This document shows, in pieces, positions 33,901-45,087 of a DNA stretch of 64,000 nucleotides; positions within the stretch are counted from its first letter, which is position 1, and each line of letters starts with the position of its first letter. Origin of the DNA: Klebsormidium nitens (taxonomy: Eukaryota; Plantae; Klebsormidiophyceae); contig DF237027.1 in NCBI GenBank assembly GCA_000708835.1, positions 1-64,000 of the forward strand. Reading direction: 5' to 3'. A program made the translations under genes and the position numbers. The notes beneath the pieces were generated by a model, which did no database searches, was not told the origin of the DNA, and was given only the letters and a program-made list of their open reading frames with translations.

Positions 33901-36900
33901 GTCTGGAACTACTTATTCCTTCGAACTTTCCGTAGGAATCTTGTCAGAGGGGACTACCCGCGTCAGCGTCTTGGCTTGGAGCTGGTCGCTCGTGTTCATT
34001 GGAACAACGCAGTAGCCTGTTGAAAAAGAGGACCTTCAATATGGTCAACCTTTCTTGATCATAAAATCCAATAATTCCTCGCGATGGGCACGTCAGCAGA
34101 GTTCACCCGCTTCGGCATCTCGGCTTACAGCTGGTCGCTCGTGTTCATGGCAACCACGTAGTCGCCTGTACATGAGACGGATGTCGCCAATGCTGCTGAC
34201 CCTCCTTGACCATGCAAACTGCTCTATGAAAAGTTGAGAAAGCATTGGCGTGTGGATCACCCGCTTCGTTGTCTTGGCGTAGAGCTGTGGTTTGAGCTGA
34301 TTGCAACGACATAGTTGCCTGACAATAGGGGAATTTGAATGCTGCTGATCTTGCCGTGGTTTGGCAAAAGACTCCTTTTTTGATTCGTCTTTCTGAGCTC
34401 GACCCCAATAGACCCGCTTGCCATCATCACCTGCACTTATCGCTTGTGTCATTCGCCCTGACGTTCATCTTCTTTCAAGGACATAATCTCCATTACCAAG
34501 TGGCTTGATTAGTTACTCTTTCCGGAATGCATACGAGAACTTTACACCAACTTACGCTTCAGCGGAACGAGCTCAGAGTTCATGACTTAGAACCAGCTTA
34601 CAAAGTTTTTCACAGCCTGCCCTGGTTCCTTTAGGCAAACAGGATCAGCGTGTTTCTCATAAGCGCACTGCCATCCCGTCTTGATACAAACTGACTAAAA
34701 TGTTACAAGACAAGCGGCAACCAACGTATAGCAGCTCTTGCTTCACACTCTGCAGTAAAGAAGATCAATGAGCAACCCAAACCGTTGTTTAACGGATCCG
34801 ATTGGTTGGGCGCTCACCAGAGGGCGAGATCCCGAGGCCAGACCCGTTGGAGGCGAAGAGGTAGCCAGGGTATCTGGGGATCTCTTCGAACTCCTGCAGG
34901 GAGATTAGAAGGGCGGCTATTCAGAAGTAAGTACTGAATCTCTTTGCGGCTGACATCAACTTCATGTTCGCGCAATCATGCTTCATCGAGTTGTGTTGCT
35001 CTGTCGTCCTTCCACGTTCGTCGGATAATTCTCCCATACATTCATCACCCCAGTTTTGACATGGAATCCGTTGCAAGTGTCCGTGCTGAATATGAACACG
35101 CAATTTCAAGAATCCTCATATCTACAATCAAGTGTCCTCTAAACAACCTCCAAAGGCCACGTGGTGTCGTCACAAACTGGAACCTTATTTGCATAATCTG
35201 AAGATCAGTCTGCCAACCCTAGGCTTTGCATTCGACCTCCCACAATCAGCTTCCTCGTTCACAGGTACCGCATGCCAAACCCCCAGACCCACAAAACTTA
35301 AGCACGCCTCACCGGCACCGGGGCCTCCTTTTCACCAGCGCTCAGCTCCGAGCTGATAGCTCCCAGCTTGTTGAAGTACTTGTCGACCGCCTCCGAGCGG
35401 GACAGGGCCTTGAACGTCGGGCCCGTCTTGCGCTGCGCCACGTCAGCGCGGTACATCTCGTATGCGAGGCGCTCCTTCCGCTCGTACGCGGCGCGGGACC
35501 CCCGCGGGATATTGAACGCGCCGTCGGGCCGGGTGAACCACCCGATCCCCAGGTCCTTGAGGGCTGCGAGGGTGAGAAAATGACGTCAGAATGACGACAG
35601 CAAAGGTTGGAAGCGCCATCAGAATGTGAACGCGCCGTCGGGCTGGGTAATCAAACCAATCCCCAGGTCCTTGAGGGCTGCGAAGAAGAGAAAGTGACGT
35701 CAGAATGACAAGAGCAAGGGTTGGAAGCGCCATCAAGATTGTGAGTGCGCCGTCGGGCTGGGTGAACCACCCAATGCCCAGGTCCTTGAGGGTGGTTAAG
35801 GTGAGGGGATTGACGTCAGCATGACGACAGCAACTTCTCAGGATGGAATCGCAAACAAGGTGATGTCAAGGACACTGCGGAATCTTTTACTTTGAGCTTG
35901 GTGAAGCCACTCCTTCCGAGGAACTTCAGGCTGGGTGGGATGAGCTCTGACATCAGAAGGCATCAGCATGCGGCATCCAACAGCAACTATGGCAAGCACT
36001 TGACGACCTCTCGGCTCTCTGCGTAAGTAGACAAAGGAAAGTCATGCTGCATCCAGAAGCAACCGTGGAGAGCACCCTACGACCTTTCGACCCGCTGCCC
36101 AAAAAACCTTGAGTAACATACTTCAAATGTGAGCACCTTGTTATAAGACTCACTCTTCTCGTCGGGCTTCTGCCCCGTGACCTTGAGCTGCCGCTCCACG
36201 TACGTCGCCAAGTCAGCGTTCGCGGACGACTCCTCGCCCCAGGGCGTGATGTCGTCATCGTGCGTGGCGATGGGCGGCATGTTGTCGTTCATCTTCATCT
36301 TGAAGAAGCGGCTCAGCATGGAGTGCGGCTTCGTGATTACCGGGATGAAGTCCTCCCAGGCGGGGGCAACGGCCGTGCGGTAAAGGCCTGGGGAAAAAAG
36401 CAGATTTAAAATCGGTCGTTGTGATCGCACTCCAGGCGACTAAGCTCCCTCATAAACATTGGGTTCGTGTGACGAACGGCAATGTAGAAAGAACAGAAAG
36501 TGCCAATCTGTAAAGAAGCACCGGGATGAAGTCTTCCCATGCGGGGGCGACGGCCGTCCGGTAAAGGCCTGGAAAAAAAGCAGAATTGAAATCGGTCATT
36601 ATCATCGCACTCCAGGCGACTGATCTCCCTCATAAAAGTTGGGTTCTTGTGACGAAAGCAACGCAAAAGGAGGTGTCAAGCAAGAGGTGTCAATTCCAAG
36701 GGGTGCACTGGAGTGGAGTCCTTCGATGCGGGGGCAATGGCTGTGCGGTAAAGGCCAGGAGAAAGGCGGGTTGGAGATAGATATCGACAACTTGCTTGAT
36801 GCTACGGTCTTCACTCATGAATGTTGGGGTGTTTCCGAAAATATAGGAGGAGCAAAGAGATGTTGCTTTTAAGGTGAGCACTGAAGCACAATCCTCTCAT

Positions 36901-39900
36901 GCAGGGGCGGCACTGTGCGGAAATGCCTGTGCGTAGGCAGAGCGAGGGGGAGTAGTAGCATAGCAAAACAGACGGCGCAAGGACGAAAGCATGTAGGTGT
37001 TGGGAGAGCTGGGGGGGGGCACGAGACTTACAAGGTCCCACCATATCTTCTATAACCGTTTTGATCGCTTGCAAACTTTACCTGCTCTTTCAACCTTTGG
37101 GCTTCCAGGTCGGAATGAACAAAGAGACGACAAGCCTACCCACCGCAACCTTTGGCTTCCCCAACTAAGGCCTTGCCGCTCAGAGGCCTGCTCTACTGTC
37201 CAGATCCATGTTTCTCCTTCAAAAGCATGTTTCAAAGGACCAAAACAAACAGCAACGAGAGGGAACTTACCTTCCGCGACCTTGGGCACTAGGTCTTTGC
37301 CGTTGACGCCGTCCTGCTTTAGTCTTTCAAACCACAGACCTCCACAGCTACAACCGAAGTAAGCCCAAAAGAATAGCACCAGTTAGGAATTCACCTTCCG
37401 CGACCTTGGGCACTAAGTCTTTGCCGTTGACGCCGTCTTCCTTCCCAAGCAGGCGGTAGCGCCATTCCTGGAAACGGGGGTCCTCCTGGGTTGGGTCCAG
37501 CGTCAGGCGCGAGTGCGTGCGGATCTCCTCGTCCACCGTGTCGAACACCACGCCGGACTTGTCGACCAGCCTGTATAGCGAAGTGAAAACACGATGTCCA
37601 GAAGTCCGTTCGAAGTGGAAAAAGGCTGCTGCTGTTCTGATGTCACAACACAGCGCCCACCTTGTCAACCAGTTCAAAGACCAGGACTATGTGATTGTAA
37701 TAGCTGCAGCGAGCGCTCAAGGGGCCGAAAAACTTCTGGTTCCCGTTTTAGCGGCCAGCTTGGGTAGCTTCAGAAGTCGTCAACGTCAGGACCATACTCA
37801 ATCTGACCGAGAAGCAGCCAACCCGGAGAGCGCATACCAATAATCGACCTTTGGGGGCATTGCATTTCTGGCAACACACGCCTCAGAAGACTCGTATCAC
37901 AAACAAACGTCTACTTTCCTCTCGAGCTTGTTGAGGGCCCCTTCCAAAGCCTGCACCTGCTTTGAGAATTCAAGGCTTCCGCATCCTCACCTCTGGGGGC
38001 GCAGCGCTGTGTTTGCGTTTCCACGCACAATCCCCAGTGTGGGGTACATGGGCGTTTCGTCCTGGAAGTTGATCAGCGCCTGCTCCTCGGGCGTGAAGTC
38101 AGTCTCAAACTCGGCGTCGATCGGGTCGATGCCGCCCTTCTCGGCGTCCCTCACGTGCAGGCGGTGCGCAACCTCCACGTCATCTTCCTGCAGATATAAT
38201 AGGAAATGATGTCAGCAATATTAGAAAGCCATGGCTTCAATTGTAACGATAGGCAACGACTTTTCGATGTCAAGGCAACCAGCTCTCTCGGCCTACCCAC
38301 ACGCATGTGGTGCAAAACCCGCTTGTTCATTTCTTCTCACGAGATCATACATCGGGCAATGAAGGAATTTGATCGAAGGCAGCTATGAACAAACGGACGG
38401 ATGGACTTCGTTCCGCTCGAAGTGTGCTTCCTGCATGAGCAGTCCGCTGCTTGCCTGCAAACTCACCTCCGCAAGGAAAAAAGTGACCGCATTCAGAGCC
38501 ATCAATCAAAACTTACAAGGACAGCATGAGATCATCGTTTCAAGGATACTAAAGCGGAACTCCATGGCATTCAAAGAACCACGAGGCAAACGTCTCCGCT
38601 CACATCGTAGTACTCCGGCACTTCATCCGCCTGCTGCTGCGCGCGCATCTGCTCGCGCTTCTCCCACCACTCCTGGTCCGGGTCCTGCTCCTTCCCGTAC
38701 AGCACAAAATCGTCGTCACCAAAGTTTTCGATCGCTTCCTTGACCGCGCTCTCCGTTCGGCTCTGCGCGTCCTGCAGCGCTTGGAGCTCCTGCTCTGCCT
38801 TCTCGATCGCCGCGACTTTCTTCTCTGCAGCGGGGTCGCCGGCGGCTTCTGCGGCGGCGGCCTCGGCATCGAGCTTGTCCACTGCGAGTTTGAAAAGAAA
38901 AGGACGTTCGATACAAAGTAGAACAGTAAGTGTGCGTGCTTGGAACGGTTCTTGAAAGCACTAAGAAGGCTTTGATTGACAACGTGCCACGAGAAGTGCG
39001 GACGTGGTGCGAATTTGGCTCAAGCGAAATTGTACCTGCATGTCGTAGGACCAGAAACTAGAGACCGGAGCAATTCCCGATCGAAGCAAAACCGTAGAAA
39101 TGATTCATTAAAACAGGCCTCCAGATGTTTGACAAGAGGATTGGCAAGATTCATTTGTGAATGATCTGCGGCACACGCAGATGCCTTTCTGGGCTCCAAG
39201 GTTTCGCTAAGCTTTGCAAGGGTGTTGCGAGGTCTTGAGTACTGACTTCTCAAAGACTGCGGGAATCCCATTCGTCTAGAAGCTTTGTCTCAGGATGCTT
39301 TCTTACGTTTGGATGCTTTCTTTGCAGTCGACACTGAGTTGCATATACGAGATCTTCGTAGTCGAGAGCCTGTACGCACATCCAAAGAGGCACTTAACAA
39401 AAGAATAGACAACGCCAGCTCCAAATCGTCACTTACGCTTCGATTCAAGCGCCTGCACCCGCTGCACGTACGCCTCGCGCTTCTTTTCCGCGTCCGCCTG
39501 GATCCTTGCGCGCGCAATCTCTCTCCGCTTCTTCACATCCAACGGTTCCCCCCTGTCGTCAAACCGCGGGTTCGTTAGCACCCGCTTCTTCATCTCCATT
39601 TGCTCCTCGCCGCGCAGCTGCGCCTCGGTGTAGTCGCTTATCTTTTCCGGGGGGAGCTGCTCCGAGGCCTTCTCTAGGATGAACTCCTCCCCCCGGCCGA
39701 GCGGGATTTGTTCCTGGGCGGCTAGGCGCGCTTCGTCGATGTCGGAGAAGGCCTGGACGTACTCTTCCTGCCACGCCTCGTCCTTGTCAAGGGTCTGCTC
39801 CAGTAGCTCGTTCAGATTCACCTTGTTCTGTAGATGACAATGAGAGCAAACTTGTCAAAACTCGATAGGTTGATGATAAGAAGAGACCACAAGAGAAAGT

Positions 39901-42900
39901 GCAAAGAAATTTTGGGTTCGTTGTATTCCAAGATGAAAATGAAATCAGGAGCATACTTTTCTAAATCCAATGGGTGAAAGCCCGATCTTCAAAATCGGGC
40001 ACCATGAAACCTGAGGTACCAGACCCCGCAGTTGCTCGATTCTTTTCCAGCTGTTGCCTCGACCTTCAACAATGCAGTTGGCATGATACCAGCAGACAAA
40101 TTTGCTAGGAAAGCCAAATTCAGACTGGCCTTGCAAAACTAAGCAACGGCCATTTCAGCTCCTAAGACAAATGTCCTCATAGACTGATGAAGTTGCATCA
40201 AGTATCTGGCATCGGCACTCCAAAGTCTCTCAAACAACTTGGTCAGTACTGATGCCTAGCGAGCGAAAATAATCATCATATGGGAGCAGGACAAAGCTCA
40301 AAGCTTACCTTATTCTCCGGCATCTCCAGCTTTTTCCTCTCCAGCTTGGCCCTCATGAACGCCAGCTTGTCCTCCTCATCAAAGCCCTCCTCCCCAGGGG
40401 CGAGGTCATCGTTTCCGACCAACTCCATGGCCTTGAGCACATACTCGTCCTCTTCCAGGGTATTAGCCTGGAAGTCGTGCAGCGGGATTTCACGGTGGGG
40501 GGGAATGAGATGGGGTAGATTGGAGGGGCGGTCCCCCTTCTCCTGGGGGTACACAAAGTCGTGGGGGTATGCCTGGAAAGACGGCATGTGGAAGTGGCCT
40601 GACATCATCACGCGGTCCCACTTGCCGCGGGGCTCGCCGGCTGACGACATGTCACGGACGCTGGGGGCCTGCGAAAGAACGAGGGGGAAAAGGTGTCAGG
40701 CAAAGTTGGATTGAAGCATTTTCAAGTGCTGATCTGTTCGCTTCTAGCAAACTTGACATATGTCCGACCTAAACCCGAAGCCAGATAAGGTCCAGACGTA
40801 TCAAAGACAGTAGGTGAATTCCGTTGTGGAACAACCAGCGCTTGAGAGGAGAGGCAGCAGTGAGACCATATCGGTGCTGAACTCTCTCATCAAGTGCAAA
40901 GTACTTTGTCACTAAAACACTCTGCATCGCAAGATCACAAGAGGCATCGACAAGAAGCTAGCTCAGGAAGAGAAACTTTGTCAGACGTTCTTGGCAAGTA
41001 CGTAACTGCAGAGAGGTGCCACTGTTGAAGTCCTTGCTAGAGACGTCTTGCCTGGCGCAGGTCACTTTCAAATCCTCACCTTCTTCTTGGACCCTTCCTT
41101 GTAATTACGGAGCGCTTCCCACTGGCGCTTCAGACGGGAGTTCTCAGCGACGAGCCAGTGGTCGAAGGGACTGCATAATGAGCACGGAAGACATGTTCAA
41201 CCCTTCTGCAAGCTTCTCAAAGCTGGTGATGCTCTTGCATTTGAGCAGCCAATAAGATTGGAGAATGACCTGGTCGGCAAAAATACTCATTCTCAGAGCT
41301 ACTGCTTGGGAAATCCCACTCAATTGCCAAAATCCCAGTGACACACTAGCAGGAAAGCACGTTGCTACGTAAGATTGGCGGATGGCACGCTCGTCATTCA
41401 CAGCTTCAATCCTCGACAGCTTTCTCTGGTGCACTCTTTCTAGGAGATGAGATGATGTAAGCTGTAATGTGCTCTCTTATGTGAACAGAGCTATACAGGG
41501 ATGCTTTGTGCTCACATTGCTATTGAACACAAAAGCAAGCATGTCGCAAACCGCAAGGTGTGTGAAAGGTGAATCCATCTAAAACCAGGCTGGAAAAAGC
41601 ATTTGCCACCACTTTTACACCAGTTTGAATGCACCATTACCAGCCATTGACAAGGGGGCTTACAAATTGTGGGCATTTGCCGGGAGGAGCAGAAAACGTG
41701 TGCTCGAGTTATCCCAGTAAACTTCCAGGTTGCCAACTCAGACAGCTATCCCAAAGACAAATCAACCACTCCATCGTTCCAACCAGTGACCCTATCGTTG
41801 CGGTAGGAGGAAAGGCAGCAAGCGTTGCACATATTCCATTCTAAATGCAGGCGGCAAACCTCAAATATACCCCCAACGGTACAATCGCGCGCTCTCCTTG
41901 AGGCCTAAAGCCGCGCATTTTGTTGACGCAAGAGACCCGCAGAGAAATGTAAGCACAGGAGAGCAGCTTGCATTGTGCACGAAACCCTGTTTTTTTCAAT
42001 TGTGTGATTCGTTCTTCAGCAAAGCCAGAAAGAATCAATTAGAACGAATCGGAAAGAAGCATCAATCAAGCGACAATCCAGAAAAAGCGTATGTTTCTAA
42101 GGATTGCCCTAGGCGAGCGCCTCAAGGAGTGGCGCCAAGATATTGAAGACAATTTCAGCTGGTACATAGCGTTGTCAGACATCTGTAAGAACCCAGCCCT
42201 TTCGGTGTCAAGCCCTGTCGGTACTTCTCAATGGCAGCCTCTTTAAGCCTACAGGTTTGCACCTCTATTCTGAGAAGCAATGCCGAGCAGCCACTGCATT
42301 CATTTGGATACACCATCCAGCATTGCATGCAATAGAGTGATTCGCTGCATGTCGTGCAAGACAACTGCTGTCCATTACCAACGGCTGAGCAAGCAACGTC
42401 CTGAACAGAAGCATCATGGCAAAGATACGCTCTTCCATCAAGCGGCACGTACAGCGGTATACAATGCGAGCAGTCTGGACCATCGGCAACATAACGCAAT
42501 TGTACGCATTCTGTCGTTTTGAGTTTCCCCTCATCAGCGAGCCTCCCCAATGTCCTTTGCAGAAAGGACACGACCAAAATGCGCAAACACAACTGTAGAG
42601 CAGCCAGTAGTCGGACCTCATTGCATCATGTATACGCCATGTATACGCCATTTGAATCGGGCCTCACACCAGGCGCCAGAGCTGCCTCTCAATGCACTGG
42701 CCAGTCACCCCTTAGGTGCAAGATAAGACAGCAGAATCTTACCTCGAGTGGTCGCGAGCAGCGTCATCCTTCAGCACCCACTTGTACGCGCGTGCAAAGA
42801 GATACCCGTAAATGAGCGTCAAGAAAACCTCGGGATCTCCATGCGGAACTCCAGGGTCGCCATAGTAGGCGGGCCCAAACATCAACTCCTGGTCGCCCTT

Positions 42901-43093
42901 ATCCATCTTAGCTGCTTGAAGATGCGCCCTCTTGACTTGACTACAAAACCCTCGTCAACTAGAGGTTCTGATCATATGCCAGAACTGTGCAAGTGCGCCC
43001 ACACTGCGGCGCCACCCTCCTCAACACAACGATGCTTCCAAGCCGCACAGGGTCCCCCTCTTACATACCAGGACGGCCCATGAGCGCAGCCAT
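30984..43093 (-). CDS. Large orphan protein (~1110 aa), rich in E/D/K/R, with predicted coiled-coil segments
   Basis: Exons (minus strand) 43093-43065 (provisional), 42940-42743, 41170-41080, 40668-40309, 39827-39437, 38881-38604, 38187-37991, 37570-37395, 36387-36154, 35563-35313, 34893-34818, 33856-33620, 32447-32282, 31641-30984. All 13 junctions are GT-AG and phase-compatible, total 3342 nt. No family recognised. Confidence 0.8.
32433..33165 (-). repeat. Decoy acceptor copy across the assembly gap
   Basis: tgcag|ACCTGTACGATCAGG (33159) versus the real tgcag|ACCTGGACGATCAGG (32447). Confidence 0.75.
32553..33063. other. Assembly gap of 511 N with identical 56-bp flanks
   Basis: 32497-32552 is identical to 33064-33119. 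Confidence 0.97.
33795..34330 (-). repeat. Tandem array: three decoys plus the real acceptor and exon start (GDYVVAMDTSNQL)
   Basis: Exon-start copies at 33856 (real), 34016, 34165 and 34318. Spacing 160, 149, 153 nt. Confidence 0.9.
35510..35830 (-). repeat. Tandem array: two decoys plus the real acceptor and exon start (LKDLGIGWFTRPDGAF)
   Basis: ~115-bp unit, copies at 35563 (real), 35677 and 35792. Confidence 0.92.
36340..36945 (-). repeat. Tandem array: three decoys plus the real acceptor and exon start (GLYRTAVAPAWEDFIP)
   Basis: ~180-bp unit, copies at 36387 (real), 36568, 36755 and 36926; divergence increases with distance from the exon. Confidence 0.9.
37070..37440 (-). repeat. Donor-side duplication: exon 3' end plus 5' splice site (DGVNGKDLVPKVAE G|gt)
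   Basis: Near-identical 43-nt copy at 37313-37271 with GTAAGT donor; real donor at 37394. Two degenerate copies near 37140-37200 and 37075-37115. Confidence 0.85.
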
Positions 43094-43217
43094 TGCTGAC
43101 AACCCCGCTCTTTACGCCTCCCCAGCGCCCTGCCGGCACAAGCTGAGCTCCTCAGGCTCAGGCTCCAGCTCTTCTCCTCAACCCTGACTCCCGAGTCCTG
43201 AACCCAGCAGACTCATA

Positions 43218-43619
43218 GGGTATTCGCACCTGAAGGATTTCAACTTTTCTTGTGGATCTTTTCTTGCCGCTTTTCTTGTGAAAACAGCCAGAACAGGCAA
43301 GAAAAGACCGGTTATTCGCACCGGGCTGTACTCTGCTCAAGTCTTTCTGCCCGGCCCAACAGCTATGATCTGACGGCTGGAAATGGCTTTGATTCAAGCA
43401 CCGGAAGGCAATCGGACGGCTTCGATGGTATCCGACGTCGACCATACGCGGGTGGATGGCATAAGCTATGCGTCACACAAGAACCGGCAAGAAAAGCCGC
43501 CACAAGAAAAAGTTGCCTGTCAATTTTCTTGCGGCCGAAATGGTCAGAATCGGCGAGAACTCGCAAGAAACCCGCGAGAAAAGAACAGATCGGCCGGAAA
43601 ATGTAAGGTGCGAATACCC
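43218..43619. mobile_element. Non-autonomous DNA transposon (MITE), 402 bp, TA target-site duplication (Tc1/mariner-like)
   Basis: Perfect 14-bp TIRs: GGGTATTCGCACCT at 43218-43231 and AGGTGCGAATACCC at 43606-43619. TA flanks both ends. Internal ~30-bp inverted repeat at 43241-43269 / 43485-43515. No coding capacity. Confidence 0.75.
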
Positions 43620-45087
43620 TATCATACAGCGATCACACATGAAAGCGAACTTTTCCAGCCGGTGACAGATTTCGACGGCTGTTTGGCCGGCTGCAGTCGG
43701 GTCGATCACACATAGCGACCGTCAACTTCCGGTCGGTACAGCCGTAGAGCTGTTTTGGAGATGGTCAAATCTGGGACGTCCGATGACCGCTAAACAAGAA
43801 AAGTCTTCCAGTAACCGAGCAACTTTGCTTGCTATAACCTGCCAGGGTCCATGAATTCTCCGTACTTGAGGTATACCCAAACAATCAAGATACACTTATC
43901 TTTCCGAAAATGGGGCACAGCATAATACCGCTGAACAAGTTTGAATCCTCGGGAGATCAAATCCAAACTCATAACCCGAGTCTTGAGCTACAGGTCTGTA
44001 TGTCGCCATGTAAATGGCGACATATACTATTGTTCTTGTATTTGTACCGTGATCATGTTAATTTAACCCTACTCAGTCTACCTGAACACCGGCCATTGTT
44101 TTCATATTCTTATACTCTGTGTTGTCTCTTAATGAACACCTATATGAGATTCACATATGCTTTTCAGCCCAATAATCTCCGTAAATTACAACGCGCGACT
44201 GCAAATTGTTTTCCCCCGGGGGAACATGTTTGCCACGTAGGCTTCCTCGACATTGACGGCAGTACCGACCGTCGCCGGCCGTGGCCGACCGACAAAAGTA
44301 TGGCAGAAATTTTCTGGCCGCCGTCGACGGCCAGAATGGCCAGAACTGGCAAAAATCGCCGGCCGGAAGTTGGTTTTCTGGCATGTGTGATCGTTGCATC
44401 AGCAGCAACCCCAAGCAGACCTGAATCCTGCAATGCTTCACCTCAGGCTCTATCGAAATAGGCACTAATCATCGCAAATAGACCAAAACGTTCGGTTTAG
44501 GCTTGTCTGTTTGGTGCGTCTCTGCGAGTCATCGAGCCGCACAATTTGGATCAGGTATGCATCGAACGGCAGCCTTTACCTTCACAAGCGACTGCAAAAA
44601 CAATGGGCCCTCGTTGTCAACAGAAAAGTGGTGAACACTCTTGAAACGACAATGCACTGATCTGAACAGTAAAAGCGAAAACGAGGGCAGGCGCCGCTGT
44701 TCGAAGTGCCTTGTTTACCTGTTTGGGAAGCCTGTCCTTCTTGCTGGAGGATCCTATCAAAAGCTCAGCAACTTCAAGGGCTTGGTGTTCTCTCGTACAG
44801 ACTGCTGGCTGCGCGCTTGAATCACATTGTGCATAATGAACCTTCCTCCACACATCAGGAACATGTCAAGGTCATTGTTGGAGGCATAAGCTCGTAGTGG
44901 TGGTTGTGGGCGAGGTACACAGGCTGTCTGATGTAGACATTGAGATTCTCAAAGCTGCAAACCACTTTACGTTTGAATGAAGGCAAACCTTAAAGTAGTG
45001 CCTTTTAGTGTGGGTGTACCACCACCGCTTTGATCGATCAAAGCAGGAGGTGGTTGACAGACCACTCGCAGACCAAGATCGAGCACA

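Noticed and set aside
42155-42592. Cys-rich 145-aa ORF (several CxxC) inside an intron of the orphan gene, suggesting a nested zinc-finger gene
   Set aside because: No ATG start, and the overlapping frame (42265-42651) is also Cys-rich, so TG-rich composition explains it; it is out of phase with the upstream donor.
30984-43093. Resemblance of the orphan protein to pTAC12/HEMERA (LYG, PxYPT words)
   Set aside because: Only 3-4-residue matches, in a much longer protein with no clear transit peptide.
43720-44375. Inverted CAACTTCCGG(T/C)CGG pair suggesting a second MITE
   Set aside because: Short, imperfect, no TSD, and within a CCGG-rich promoter region.
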